Shown: one piece after another, positions 39,235 to 49,560 of the stretch | Position numbering within the stretch: the first letter of the stretch is position 1 | Layout: the number at the start of each line of letters is the position of its first letter | Origin: an uncultured bacterium | Lineage (GTDB): Bacteria > Patescibacteriota > Microgenomatia > Levybacterales > UBA12049 | DNA: 64,000 bases | Direction: 5' to 3' | Assembly (NCBI GenBank): GCA_963826535.1 | Contig: CAWGXL010000008.1 | Span: 2,679-66,678, forward strand | Translations under genes and position numbers: made by a program | The notes under the pieces: generated by a model | Database searches by the model: none | What the model saw: the letters and a program-made list of their open reading frames with translations, nothing else | Told to the model about the DNA's origin: nothing

Positions 39235-40020
39235 ATGGACTTTTCAAAACAATTATTCCGTTGTTCGTCATTAGGGTATCTGATGACCAATCCTATAAGT
39301 AAAGCAGATAAAGAAGCTGGTAATTTATCAGAAGGTGCCAAAACACATTTGATAGATATATATATTCAAAATAAATACAGGCGACAAACCGATATTTCAA
39401 ACAAGTATATCGAAAAGGGTTTAATGGTTGAAGAAGATTCTATTACTCTTTACAGCCGGGTTAAAAAAATATTCTTTAAAAAGAATGTACAGCATCTTTC
39501 AAATGAATTTATAAAAGGTACACCGGATTTATACACCGGACTTGAAATTGAGGCCGCTGATAAGGTAATAGATTTAAAAAGCTCATGGGATATATATACT
39601 TTTTTCAGAGTTCATACTAAAGATATTAATCCTCTTTATTACTGGCAACTACATGGCTATATGGCGCTAACACATGCTGCAAAAGCTTCTTTGTGTTATT
39701 GCCTGATAAATACTCCTGAACCAATTATTCAGGATGAAGAAAGAAAACTATTCTATAGAATGGGGGCAATAGAAAATCCTTTATACGAAGAGGCCTGTAA
39801 AGAACTACGAAAGGCAATGATTTTTGATGATGTGCCTATGAGAGAAAGGATTATAGAGTTTATAGTAGAAAAAAATAAAGAAGATATTGAAAAGCTATAT
39901 GAAAAGATTAAAAAGGCAAGGGCTTATTTAAAAGAATTGGATGAAATAATTAACCCTGATGAAATATCTGTTTTGATTGCAAATCACGAACCTGAATTAT
40001 CGGCAACAATTGTACAATGA
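39235..40020 (+). CDS. YqaJ-like (lambda-exonuclease fold, PD-(D/E)xK) recombination exonuclease
   Basis: GTPDLYTGLEIEAADKVIDLKSS and YYWQLHGYMALT; its position after recT fits the partner exonuclease. Confidence 0.55.
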   Translation: MDFSKQLFRCSSLGYLMTNPISKADKEAGNLSEGAKTHLIDIYIQNKYRRQTDISNKYIEKGLMVEEDSITLYSRVKKIFFKKNVQHLSNEFIKGTPDLYTGLEIEAADKVIDLKSSWDIYTFFRVHTKDINPLYYWQLHGYMALTHAAKASLCYCLINTPEPIIQDEERKLFYRMGAIENPLYEEACKELRKAMIFDDVPMRERIIEFIVEKNKEDIEKLYEKIKKARAYLKELDEIINPDEISVLIANHEPELSATIVQ

Positions 40021-40412
40021 AAACAGCAAAAGAAATTTTACACGAAAAGGCAACTGAAAATAATGATGGCTTTTTATCCGGGCAAGTTAAATGGATTATT
40101 GAGGCGATGGAAGAATATGCAGAGTTAGTTAGTGAGACAAATGATAGTATATGGAAACGGGAATATGATTTAGCAGTTAAAGAAATATCTGATTTACAAA
40201 AACAATTAAAAGACGCTGAACAGGAAATAAGAGATTTAAGTAACGCCTCTATTATAAATAATATGAAACAAAGAAACAACTATAGGGATATAGAAGATTT
40301 AACCAAAGAGGAAATGGGTCGGTTAGATCATCTTGAGCGCATGGTGGAAGATTACCGGGAACATGAGTATCTCAAAGAAGGCAACAAGGGCTCAACAATG
40401 GGAATTTCATGA
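40017..40412 (+). CDS. hypothetical coiled-coil protein
   Basis: ORF. Confidence 0.35.
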   Translation: MKTAKEILHEKATENNDGFLSGQVKWIIEAMEEYAELVSETNDSIWKREYDLAVKEISDLQKQLKDAEQEIRDLSNASIINNMKQRNNYRDIEDLTKEEMGRLDHLERMVEDYREHEYLKEGNKGSTMGIS

Positions 40413-40471
40413 AAAATGGAACAACTACAGAAAGAAACTGGAAAGTTATAAAAAAGAAATAGGGATATAGC

Positions 40472-40882
40472 ATGAAAGCTGAATTACAAATAGCAAGAGT
40501 AGAAGATTGTAATGAATGGCTGGAGCTATCGGCTAAAGACTACACTGCTTCGCAAAGTATATCCTGGTTAATAGACCAAGTAGGGCTTTTATGTAATTCA
40601 ATGGCTTTTGTGAATAATCAAATGGCAGTAGCAAAGCGAAGTTTAAACATTGCGAAGGTTAAGGCTTATCATGACATGATTGCTTCATCCATTGCTAATG
40701 AAACGTATTTCGCTCCTTCTTTGGCCAAAGAATATACAGCAGCAAAGTGCCATGATGAACAGTATAATTATGATTTGTGTGAAAGATGCAGCCGGACTAT
40801 AACGCATACACTGGAAGCACTACGTACCTGTATATCGGCACTAAAAGAAGAAATTAAAGTATCACAATATCAAACGGCATAA
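40472..40882 (+). CDS. hypothetical protein
   Basis: ORF. Confidence 0.35.
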   Translation: MKAELQIARVEDCNEWLELSAKDYTASQSISWLIDQVGLLCNSMAFVNNQMAVAKRSLNIAKVKAYHDMIASSIANETYFAPSLAKEYTAAKCHDEQYNYDLCERCSRTITHTLEALRTCISALKEEIKVSQYQTA

Positions 40883-41065
40883 ATGGAAAATCTTATAAAG
40901 AAAAAAGTAAAAGTAAAGATTGATATTTCTTATTTCGAAGATCCAAAAAAAATATTTGCGCGCCAGGGAGATAGGGTAAATGTATTTGCAGACTTAGGCC
41001 ATGTAGTTGTAGCAAAAAATGTTTATGGAGAAAAATTTTGTATTGCCAAACATGATATAGAATAA
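40883..41065 (+). CDS. hypothetical small protein
   Basis: ORF. Confidence 0.3.
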   Translation: MENLIKKKVKVKIDISYFEDPKKIFARQGDRVNVFADLGHVVVAKNVYGEKFCIAKHDIE

Positions 41066-41421
41066 TGGAATCACAATACCTCATAGAACGGCGCCTAAGA
41101 ATGTTAGGCATTAAGCAGCCGGAAGAAAAGCGGCCTGTAAAAAAAATAGCCTTCCATTCAAAGAAACGTGAAACTAAACAGAGGGTTTACCGGAAGATAG
41201 TAAAAAGCATGCATGAAGAAAGTGATTTATGTGAAATACATAGCCCTGTATGTACAGGAAGGATGCAGGGTGCAGATCATATCCAGAAAAGAAGTGAACT
41301 TAATTTATTGATAAGGAATAATTTAAAAAGAGCCTGCAATGCATGCCAGGATTATAAAGAAAAATTTCCGGAATGGGCAAAAGAAAACGGTCATTCAATA
41401 AGCAAATTTAACAGAGCATAA
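41065..41421 (+). CDS. small Cys/His-rich protein (possible HNH-like or zinc-binding nuclease)
   Basis: CEIHSPVC...ADHIQKRS...CNACQDY. Confidence 0.3.
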   Translation: MESQYLIERRLRMLGIKQPEEKRPVKKIAFHSKKRETKQRVYRKIVKSMHEESDLCEIHSPVCTGRMQGADHIQKRSELNLLIRNNLKRACNACQDYKEKFPEWAKENGHSISKFNRA

Positions 41422-44123
41422 TGGAATTAACCCACGAAGCATATATAAACTTCCTAAAAAGTAAGGTAAGGCTGGCGCAAAGTACTGGATTTGATATTGA
41501 AATATCAGAAATAAATCCTGCCATAAAACCATTCAACCGATTAATGGTTAAGTGGCTTGTAAAAGGTGGCAGAAGAGCCTGTTTTGCAGCGTTCGGACTT
41601 CATAAAACTGTTACACAACTTGAAACACTCAGATGCATATTAACTAAAACTGGTGGCCGGGGTTTAGTCATAGCTCCACTTGGAGTGCGACAGGAATTTA
41701 AAAGAGATGCTGTTAATATATTAGGTTGGAATGAACCTCCAAAATTTATAAGAAATATTAACGATGCCGGTGATACAGGTATCTATCTTACAAACTATGA
41801 AACTGTAAGAGATGGTAAACTTGACCCAAGATTATTTAATGTGGTATCACTTGATGAAGCATCTGTTTTAAGAGGCCTGGGAGGTTCAAAAACATTCAGG
41901 GAATTTATGCGCCTATTTACAGGTGATGCCGGTCCGCTTGGTGACAGAAGAGGAACGGAATGCGTAAAATATCGTTTTGTTGCTACGGCTTGTCCGAGTC
42001 CCAACGAATACATTGAATTGCTTTCATACGCGGATTTCTTAGGCATCATGGATGTATCCCAGGCTAAGACAAGGTTCTTTAAAAGAGACAGTACACAAGC
42101 TGACAAACTTACACTTCATGCACATAAAGAAGAAGAGTTTTGGTTATGGGTAGGTTCATGGGCTTTATTTGTTACAAAACCTTCAGACTTGACCGGAAAC
42201 CATGAAGATGATATCGGATATAATATGCCACCATTGGATATAAGATGGCATGAATTACCAAGTGACCACAGCAATGCCGGCGCTGAGAAGAATGGACAAT
42301 TTAAAATGTTTAAAGATTCAGCTTTAGGATTAAGTCCTGCTGCAAAAGAGAAAAGAGAAAGCTTGGACGCAAGGATTAATAAAATGATTGAATTGAGACA
42401 AGAAGATATTAGCGCACATAGAATAATTTGGCATGACTTAGAAGATGAGCGTCATTCACTCAAAAAAGTAATTCCTGATATAGTTAATATTTATGGTTCC
42501 CAAGATCTTGATCAACGTGAGCAAGCGATTATTGATTTTTCGGATGGTCTTATCCGGGAGTTTGGAGCAAAACCGCGTATAGCAGGTTCGGGCTGTAATT
42601 TTCAAAGGCATTGTAATTGGGCAATCTATTTAGGTATTGGTTTTAAGTTCAACGACTTTATTCAAAGTATTCACAGACTTCTAAGGTTTCTGCAAACAAA
42701 AACTGTACGCATTGATTTGATCTACACAGAAGCTGAAAGGCAAGTAAGAAAAACACTAGAAAGAAAATGGAAACAACACAATATAATGGTGCAAAAAATG
42801 ACAGAAATAATTAAAGAATATGGTTTATCTGAATCTGCTATGGCTCAGGTATTAACACGGAAAATGGGTGTTGAGCGTGTTGAAATTAAAGGAAATAATT
42901 ATCACCTGGTAAACAACGACGCAATATTAGAAGCTAAAAATTTGGAAGATAACAGCATCGGTTTAATACTCACTTCTATCCCATTTTCTACTCAGTATGA
43001 ATACTCACCTAACTATGCTGATTTCGGCCATTCAGAAAACAATGAAGAGTTTTTTGCACAAATGGATTTTTTAACACCTGAATTATACAGATCACTAAAG
43101 CCTGGCAGGATAGCAGCTATTCATGTTAAAGATAGAATAGTACCAATGGGATTAAGCGGCATGGGTTTTCAAGTTGTTTATCCACTTCATAAACATTGCA
43201 TTGATCATTACACAAAATATGGTTTTGGTTACATAGGAATGAAAACTATCGTTACTGATGTTGTAAGGGAAAATAATCAAACATATCGTTTAGGATGGAC
43301 AGAACAATGCAAGGACGGAACAAAAATGGGAGTAGGTATGCCTGAATACCTGTTACTCTTTAGAAAACCTCCTAGAGATAGAAGTAACGCTTATGCAGAT
43401 GAACCGGTTATAAAAGAGAAAAAATCTAAAGCAAGATGTATGTATTGTTATTCAAGTAGTCTTGTTCAGGATTATTTTGTTGATAACAGATATGTATGTC
43501 CGGTTTGCAAAAATGAACTTAAAGAAGAATTTTTTCATGAAAATAAAAGTTTTGAATATTCTCTTTCCAGGTGGCAAATTGATGCTCATGGTTTTACCAG
43601 ATCTTCCGGCGACAGATATTTGAACCCGGAAGAACTTGCTGTATTAGATCATGATAAAATATTTAAAATATTCAGGGATTATTCACTTAACAATATTTAT
43701 GATTTTGAGCATCATGTTCAAATTGGGGAAGCTATTCAGGCTATTGGGAAACTTCCTACAACATTCATGCTTTTACAGCCTCAAAGTTGGAGCCCTGATG
43801 TATGGACAGATATTACAAGGATGAGGACTTATAACATGACACAGGAACGCAAAGGTAAAGAGATGCATTTATGCCCTATGCAGATTGATCTTGCACGAAG
43901 GGTTATAAAACAACTTTCAATGAAAGGCGAGAAAGTGCTTGACCCATTTGGAGGGTTAATGACCGTACCTGCAGAGGCTGTACATTTGGAACGTTACGGG
44001 ATAGGATTTGAGCTTAGCAAAACGTATTTTTTAGATGGAGCAGTTTATTGTAGGTCGGCTGAAAATAATATTGATATGCCGACTTTATTTGATACAATTA
44101 ATGAAACGGTACCGGCAGCGTGA
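41421..44123 (+). CDS. fusion of an SNF2/DEAD-like helicase N-terminal (RecA-like) domain with a beta-class N6-adenine/N4-cytosine DNA methyltransferase; contains a zinc ribbon
   Basis: FAAFGLHKT (motif I-like), LVIAPLGV...QEF (Ia), VVSLDEASVL (II); then methyltransferase motif IV LILTSIPFSTQY (DPPY-like) followed by motif I DPFGGLMTV; CMYCYSSS...CPVCKNE. Confidence 0.65.
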   Translation: MELTHEAYINFLKSKVRLAQSTGFDIEISEINPAIKPFNRLMVKWLVKGGRRACFAAFGLHKTVTQLETLRCILTKTGGRGLVIAPLGVRQEFKRDAVNILGWNEPPKFIRNINDAGDTGIYLTNYETVRDGKLDPRLFNVVSLDEASVLRGLGGSKTFREFMRLFTGDAGPLGDRRGTECVKYRFVATACPSPNEYIELLSYADFLGIMDVSQAKTRFFKRDSTQADKLTLHAHKEEEFWLWVGSWALFVTKPSDLTGNHEDDIGYNMPPLDIRWHELPSDHSNAGAEKNGQFKMFKDSALGLSPAAKEKRESLDARINKMIELRQEDISAHRIIWHDLEDERHSLKKVIPDIVNIYGSQDLDQREQAIIDFSDGLIREFGAKPRIAGSGCNFQRHCNWAIYLGIGFKFNDFIQSIHRLLRFLQTKTVRIDLIYTEAERQVRKTLERKWKQHNIMVQKMTEIIKEYGLSESAMAQVLTRKMGVERVEIKGNNYHLVNNDAILEAKNLEDNSIGLILTSIPFSTQYEYSPNYADFGHSENNEEFFAQMDFLTPELYRSLKPGRIAAIHVKDRIVPMGLSGMGFQVVYPLHKHCIDHYTKYGFGYIGMKTIVTDVVRENNQTYRLGWTEQCKDGTKMGVGMPEYLLLFRKPPRDRSNAYADEPVIKEKKSKARCMYCYSSSLVQDYFVDNRYVCPVCKNELKEEFFHENKSFEYSLSRWQIDAHGFTRSSGDRYLNPEELAVLDHDKIFKIFRDYSLNNIYDFEHHVQIGEAIQAIGKLPTTFMLLQPQSWSPDVWTDITRMRTYNMTQERKGKEMHLCPMQIDLARRVIKQLSMKGEKVLDPFGGLMTVPAEAVHLERYGIGFELSKTYFLDGAVYCRSAENNIDMPTLFDTINETVPAA

Positions 44124-44341
44124 AAAAGGTTTATACAATAAAGATAACTTCTAATAATTCTCATCCAAACATCTGGTATGCTAAACGGATAGGGCAGGAG
44201 TTTGAAGCCGAATTATCAATGGGAGCAAAAGGTTATGTGGTTTACAGGTTGAAGGGTAATTATATAGTTCACCCGGAAGACTGTATAGTTTTAAATGTCA
44301 AGGAAGAAGAAAAGCATTTTAAAGAACAAAGAGTAGAATAA
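44120..44341 (+). CDS. hypothetical protein
   Basis: ORF coupled to the methyltransferase gene. Confidence 0.3.
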   Translation: MKKVYTIKITSNNSHPNIWYAKRIGQEFEAELSMGAKGYVVYRLKGNYIVHPEDCIVLNVKEEEKHFKEQRVE

Positions 44342-44359
44342 TTTATATATCGTAATAAA

Positions 44360-44716
44360 ATGGGTTATTTAGAAAAACTTAATCAGCCCCTTTGGCAAAA
44401 GAAACGCCTTGAAATATTCCAACGTGATAATTGGAAGTGTACCCAATGCTTTGCGGTTGAAAAAGAATTGCATGTACACCACTTAGATTATATCCATGAT
44501 ATTAAGCCTTGGGAATACCCAAATGATATGCTGATTACCTTATGCAGTGACTGTCATGCAAAAGAAAATGAGCGGCCTAAACATGAAAGCTATTTACTAC
44601 AATCACTAAAGATGAAAGGTTTTTTAGTAAATGATATGCTTATTTTATCCTGCCTTATTGATACCAATGAAAAATTCACCAATTTCTTATTAAAAATTAT
44701 GAGGGCTAATGAGTAA
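44360..44716 (+). CDS. HNH endonuclease
   Basis: WKCTQC...LHVHHLDYIHD...NDMLITLCSDCHAKEN. Confidence 0.55.
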   Translation: MGYLEKLNQPLWQKKRLEIFQRDNWKCTQCFAVEKELHVHHLDYIHDIKPWEYPNDMLITLCSDCHAKENERPKHESYLLQSLKMKGFLVNDMLILSCLIDTNEKFTNFLLKIMRANE

Positions 44717-45326
44717 AAGAATGACTGATACTGATAAATGGAAAAAACCATTTTTTAGATCATTGCCGAAGGAGTATAAATTATTTTGGTTTTATATTTT
44801 AGATGACTGCGATCATGCAGGCTTATGGCACGTAGATATGGAAGTGGCTGATATAAGATTAGGTCTACGATTATCATCCCAAAAAGCACAAGAGTTATTC
44901 GCCGATAAAATAATTGTGCTTGATAATGGAACCAAGTGGTTCATTCCTGATTTTATTACATTCCAGTACGGTGAATTTAACGAAGCTAATAAGATGTATA
45001 AATCAATAATGCCTATTCTTTTAAAGTATAATCTTATCCCCCATATATCCCCCATTTATGGGGTTAAAGTAAAAGTAAAAGAAACAGTACAAGTAAAAGA
45101 AGAAGAAAGGAAGCAAGAATTTTTAAAAAATGAGATTTGGAAACAAGAATTCTGTATGGCAAAAAACATTTCAATGTTTGAATTAGAGGCGCTTCAAAAG
45201 TCTTTTATAAAAGACGCAGAGCTAAAAGGAGAATTTGTAGATAATTACTATAGATATTTTACAAACTCATTCAATAAGGGATCAAATAATATTATTCCTA
45301 AGCCTAAAAAAGAATTTGTGATATGA
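44709..45326 (+). CDS. hypothetical replication-associated protein (possible replisome organiser)
   Basis: WKKPFFRSLPKEYKLFWFYILDDCDHAGLW N-terminal pattern; located upstream of the primase-helicase. Confidence 0.35.
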   Translation: MSKRMTDTDKWKKPFFRSLPKEYKLFWFYILDDCDHAGLWHVDMEVADIRLGLRLSSQKAQELFADKIIVLDNGTKWFIPDFITFQYGEFNEANKMYKSIMPILLKYNLIPHISPIYGVKVKVKETVQVKEEERKQEFLKNEIWKQEFCMAKNISMFELEALQKSFIKDAELKGEFVDNYYRYFTNSFNKGSNNIIPKPKKEFVI

Positions 45327-46999
45327 ATTTAAATTGGCTTAAATACGGCATAGATATTTCTAAACAAAGAGGCGGTAAAATGCTTTGTCCTAACTGTAGC
45401 CATACCAGGAAAAACAAAAATGATCATTGCCTTAGTGTTGATGTTGTAACCGGGCTTTATAACTGCCACAACAACAACTGTGGATTTAAGGGAAGCGTAG
45501 TTGAGTATAGGCCAAAAAAAGAATTTGTTAAACCTATACCGAGATTGGAAGTTTTAAGAGCCAAAACGGTGGAATGGTTTGAGAAAATAAGGCGCATATC
45601 TAACAACACTTTGCTAAGATTTAAAATTACTGAGATTAAAGAATGGATTTGCTTTAATTATTTCAGGGATGAACAATTGGTAAATATCAAATTCAGGGAT
45701 ACAGCAACAAAATCCTTTCGCATGACGAAGGACGCAGAGCTAATTTTTTACAACCTGGATGCGATAAAAGATGAAAATGAATGTGTAATTGTTGAGGGTG
45801 AAATTGATTGTCTTACCTGCCATGAATGCGGAATTTATAATTCTGTATCTGTACCAAATGGCGCAAGCAAAGGAAATCAAAAGCTTGAATATTTGGATAA
45901 TTGTTGGGAATGGTTTGAGAATAAAACAAAAGTGGTTTTAGCTGTTGATAGCGATGAAGCTGGCGTTATGTTACGGGATGAATTGGCGCGGAGATTAGGG
46001 AAGGAAAAATGTTTTACGGTTGAATATCCGCAAGGATGCAAAGATGTGAATGAAGTGCTTATAAGCCATGGTAAAGAAGCAGTAATTCAAATCATAGCCG
46101 CAGCAAAAGAAATACCACTTGAAGGAATAAAAACAATGGATGAAATGTATCAACAGATTTGTGATTGGTACGAACATGGTTATCCAAAAGGAGCAAGGGC
46201 CCGTATAAGTGGGTTCGACGAATTACTAACTTTTGTCCCGGGCCAACTAACTATGATAACAGGGATTCCGGGCCATGGTAAAGACGAGTTTGCAAATCTT
46301 ATTATGACCTCCCTTGCTAAGTATGAAGATTGGAGTTGGGGGATATGTGCCTTTGAAGAAAGCCCGGAAGAAACGGTTACAAAACTCATTGAAAAACTTA
46401 CAGGAAAATCTTTTGATTTTAGGATTGATAAATCACAAAGAGTTAATGAAAGTGAGTATGAAACTGGGTTAGGACTTGTTGATAAATATTTTCACTTCAT
46501 AAAAACAGAAGATATTGAAACCGATCTTGAAGGTATTTTAATTAAAGCAGAACAAATGGTAAAACGTTTTGGGATAAGAGGTTTTTGCCTTAATCCCTGG
46601 AATTGGGTTGAGCATTTTAGAGAAGCATACATAAGCGAAACAGAATACGTAAGTCATGCGCTCACTAAGGTTATTTTATTTTCACGAAGGTTTAAGGTGC
46701 ATTTTTTTTTAATGGCACATCCTACAAAAATGAGTAAGAAAGATGGGAAAAAATATGATGTACCAACTCTTTATTCAATTAACGGATCAGCAAATTTTTT
46801 TAATAAGACTCATAACGGAATAACAGTTTATAGAGATGCTGATACGGTTGATGTTCATGTTCAGAAAGTAAAGCAAAGCTGGTTAGGTAATACTGGTTTA
46901 TGCCAATTTAGGTATAACACTTATACTCGGCAATATGCTGCATTATCTGAGTTTAAATTAAATGGTTTTGTACCTATTCAAATAGATAGAACATTTTGA
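45323..46999 (+). CDS. bifunctional DNA primase / P-loop helicase
   Basis: Zinc ribbon CPNCSH...C...YNCHNNNC; TOPRIM VIVEGEIDCLT and VLAVDSDEAG; P-loop ITGIPGHGKDEF. Confidence 0.65.
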   Translation: MNLNWLKYGIDISKQRGGKMLCPNCSHTRKNKNDHCLSVDVVTGLYNCHNNNCGFKGSVVEYRPKKEFVKPIPRLEVLRAKTVEWFEKIRRISNNTLLRFKITEIKEWICFNYFRDEQLVNIKFRDTATKSFRMTKDAELIFYNLDAIKDENECVIVEGEIDCLTCHECGIYNSVSVPNGASKGNQKLEYLDNCWEWFENKTKVVLAVDSDEAGVMLRDELARRLGKEKCFTVEYPQGCKDVNEVLISHGKEAVIQIIAAAKEIPLEGIKTMDEMYQQICDWYEHGYPKGARARISGFDELLTFVPGQLTMITGIPGHGKDEFANLIMTSLAKYEDWSWGICAFEESPEETVTKLIEKLTGKSFDFRIDKSQRVNESEYETGLGLVDKYFHFIKTEDIETDLEGILIKAEQMVKRFGIRGFCLNPWNWVEHFREAYISETEYVSHALTKVILFSRRFKVHFFLMAHPTKMSKKDGKKYDVPTLYSINGSANFFNKTHNGITVYRDADTVDVHVQKVKQSWLGNTGLCQFRYNTYTRQYAALSEFKLNGFVPIQIDRTF

Positions 47000-47101
47000 A
47001 ACACACAAAAACAATATTAAAGCTTATGCTGGTTTTAATTCTGATAGCAGTGATTTATTTGTTTATTATCTGGCTGGCTTTAAATTCTAATAAAGGTTTT
47101 T

Positions 47102-47605
47102 ATGAGTAAAAATTGGACTTTAGGCGATATAGAAAAACTTTCAGCAAGAGGTTTTAGGGTTAATGTTAAGTCGGTTCTTCATGTTTCAGATCTCAACGAT
47201 TTTAAGACTAAAAAAATAATACCTCTACAAAAATTATTAGATAAGGCTCAAAAAGAATTTAATAAGTTTATTCGTAACAGGGATGCTCAAAAAGGTTGTA
47301 TTTCATGTCAGTCATATAACGTACAGCAAGCGTCACATTTTTTCAGTGTAGGGCAATTTTCAGCATTAAGATTCCACGAAGATAATGTGGCGGGTAGTTG
47401 TCTTAAATGTAACTATTTTCTTTCAGGTAATTTATTAGCATATAGAGAAAGTTTGTTAGTTAGAATAGGCGAACAAAGATTAAATGATCTTGAATTATCA
47501 GTAAAAATAAATAGGGTTAAAAAGTGGTCACGTTTCGAATTAGAATTAATTTATAAAATGTACAAAGAAAAAAATAATATAAGTATAAAAAGTTATGAAT
47601 CTTAA
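47102..47605 (+). CDS. NinG/Rap-like recombination protein
   Basis: CISCQSY...ASHFFSVG...CLKCNYF Cys/His pattern. Confidence 0.45.
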   Translation: MSKNWTLGDIEKLSARGFRVNVKSVLHVSDLNDFKTKKIIPLQKLLDKAQKEFNKFIRNRDAQKGCISCQSYNVQQASHFFSVGQFSALRFHEDNVAGSCLKCNYFLSGNLLAYRESLLVRIGEQRLNDLELSVKINRVKKWSRFELELIYKMYKEKNNISIKSYES

Positions 47606-48050
47606 AAACTACACATCAGATATTGAACCAACAAAATCAATGGCAAACATTGAAAGATGGCTCATTGAAATTGGCGCAAGCAATATAAATAAAAACTATG
47701 TTGATAAAATATGTGTAGGGCTTACGTTCTTGTATTTTGATCAAGCCATTAACCAAACACTTGCCTTTCATTTGAAGGCACAAGTGCAGGAATGTTTTAA
47801 TATTTTTTGGAAAGATAGGGTTCAAGAAACGCCTTCGCAGAAAGAAAACTGCATGAAGCAGGCAAATAAAACAGCATGGAAAATACTCAGCGATTGGACA
47901 GAAATACAATGCTCAATGATTTTGCTTGGTCAGGCAACACCCTTACAGATGTTTTTGCCATTTGTTTATGATACCCAAAAAAATGAAACACTTTATGATA
48001 AAATAAGTTCAGGTAAAATGAATAATCTATTAACTTATAACCATGGATAA
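47595..48050 (+). CDS. hypothetical protein
   Basis: ORF. Confidence 0.3.
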   Translation: MNLKNYTSDIEPTKSMANIERWLIEIGASNINKNYVDKICVGLTFLYFDQAINQTLAFHLKAQVQECFNIFWKDRVQETPSQKENCMKQANKTAWKILSDWTEIQCSMILLGQATPLQMFLPFVYDTQKNETLYDKISSGKMNNLLTYNHG

Positions 48051-48669
48051 TATACCACAAAAGATATACCTGCATCGGTTCAAGTCAACCGATGCCTTCT
48101 TTAATGGGTGGAGCAATAAAAGGGAAAGCGATACTGACATAGAATATGTCTTATCTCAACCTGTACAGGATATTAAAAGTGCAGAGGATGTTTATAGGAA
48201 ACATTGGGCAAGATGGGTAAACAGAACATTTAAGAATGATAAAGAGGTTATGCCGGAAGACTTATCAGATGAGGATGAACACTATTGGATATACGAAGCT
48301 ATGTTGGAATTTGCAGTACAATTTTCACAACCTTTAAGCACCCCTGTTGTACAGCCAACAGATGAACAGGTAGAGGCCATAGCTGAAAAAGCGATACCTG
48401 CTTTTGTTGTTGAGGTTAAGGAAGGCGAGGAAGAAGTTGATACCCGTATGAGACAAATAAATGCTGACTTGGTAAGAAGTTATATGATAGGGGGATATAT
48501 GAGGTGTTTAAAAGCAATGTGGCAACCCATACCTGATGACAAAACCATACAGGCAATGGCAGACGAGTATGCCCGAAATGAAGAAACACCTGTGAGTTGG
48601 GAGCATAGGCAGGGATTTGTAGCAGGCGTAAAAGCAGGGATTAACCCAAAAACTAAAAAACAATGGTAG
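48043..48669 (+). CDS. hypothetical protein
   Basis: ORF; its C-terminus resembles that of 48716..49042 (IQAMAxEY ... GxKAG). Confidence 0.35.
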   Translation: MDNIPQKIYLHRFKSTDAFFNGWSNKRESDTDIEYVLSQPVQDIKSAEDVYRKHWARWVNRTFKNDKEVMPEDLSDEDEHYWIYEAMLEFAVQFSQPLSTPVVQPTDEQVEAIAEKAIPAFVVEVKEGEEEVDTRMRQINADLVRSYMIGGYMRCLKAMWQPIPDDKTIQAMADEYARNEETPVSWEHRQGFVAGVKAGINPKTKKQW

Positions 48670-48715
48670 ATAGTAGATGGATTGACAAACCAAGTGAGTT
48701 AGAAAATCAACCATT

Positions 48716-49042
48716 TTGGATATGTTGGCATGCTTGTATGTTGTTCCTGCATGGCGTTTTTACTTTACGAACAGTTTAATGAAATTTATGAAAAATACAG
48801 CGACATTAATAGATGAGTTATACAGGGAATATATTGTACATGAAGAATTGCCTATAGATTTTCAAATAGGTATGCAAAACTTTCTGGATAAATTAAAGGA
48901 AGTATTATCACCACCCATAACTGATGCCGATATACAGGCAATGGCAGAGAAGGAATATCCTGAAGGTCAAAATGCGGTTAATATAAAAAGAGAAGCCTAT
49001 ATCAAAGGTGCAAAAGCAATGCTTCATCTTAAAAACAAATAA
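48716..49042 (+). CDS. hypothetical protein
   Basis: ORF. Confidence 0.3.
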   Translation: MDMLACLYVVPAWRFYFTNSLMKFMKNTATLIDELYREYIVHEELPIDFQIGMQNFLDKLKEVLSPPITDADIQAMAEKEYPEGQNAVNIKREAYIKGAKAMLHLKNK

Positions 49043-49121
49043 ATGGAAATAACAGACATACAAATCGGTGACGCTGTAGTGTATATCCCAAAGCATTTAT
49101 TATTACGGGGATAGCGGTAAA

Positions 49122-49367
49122 ATGATACTGGATGAAAACCTCGGTATTGTAACTTCCAAAAATGATAACTATGTTTTTGTAAAGTATAATGGGAAAGAAT
49201 ATAGTGCCGCAACTAACCCACAAGATTTATTTACTCTTAGCGGAAGACCTGACTTAGCGGAAAAGTTAGGTATTGAGATAAAACCTATCAATAAAATATA
49301 CGAATTATACTTAGAACAGAAAACAATGCTTCAACTTAAGATACACACTCATGCCAATTTCAGATAA
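49122..49367 (+). CDS. hypothetical protein
   Basis: ORF. Confidence 0.3.
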   Translation: MILDENLGIVTSKNDNYVFVKYNGKEYSAATNPQDLFTLSGRPDLAEKLGIEIKPINKIYELYLEQKTMLQLKIHTHANFR

Positions 49368-49551
49368 TGATAGAATATGGGCTTTAAGGGGTATAATCCA
49401 GGATTTGGAAAAGCGTTTGACTGAGACGAATGATTTACTGGGCAGTGCAACAAGAGAAGGAGAAAGGTTACAAAAGAAAGTTTTAGAGTTAGTAGCAGTT
49501 AAATCTAAAACAGAATCGGGAAAACAAAGAACTAAAAAAATAAAAGATTAA
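49351..49551 (+). CDS. hypothetical coiled-coil protein
   Basis: ORF. Confidence 0.3.
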   Translation: MPISDNDRIWALRGIIQDLEKRLTETNDLLGSATREGERLQKKVLELVAVKSKTESGKQRTKKIKD

Positions 49552-49560
49552 ATTGCAGTA

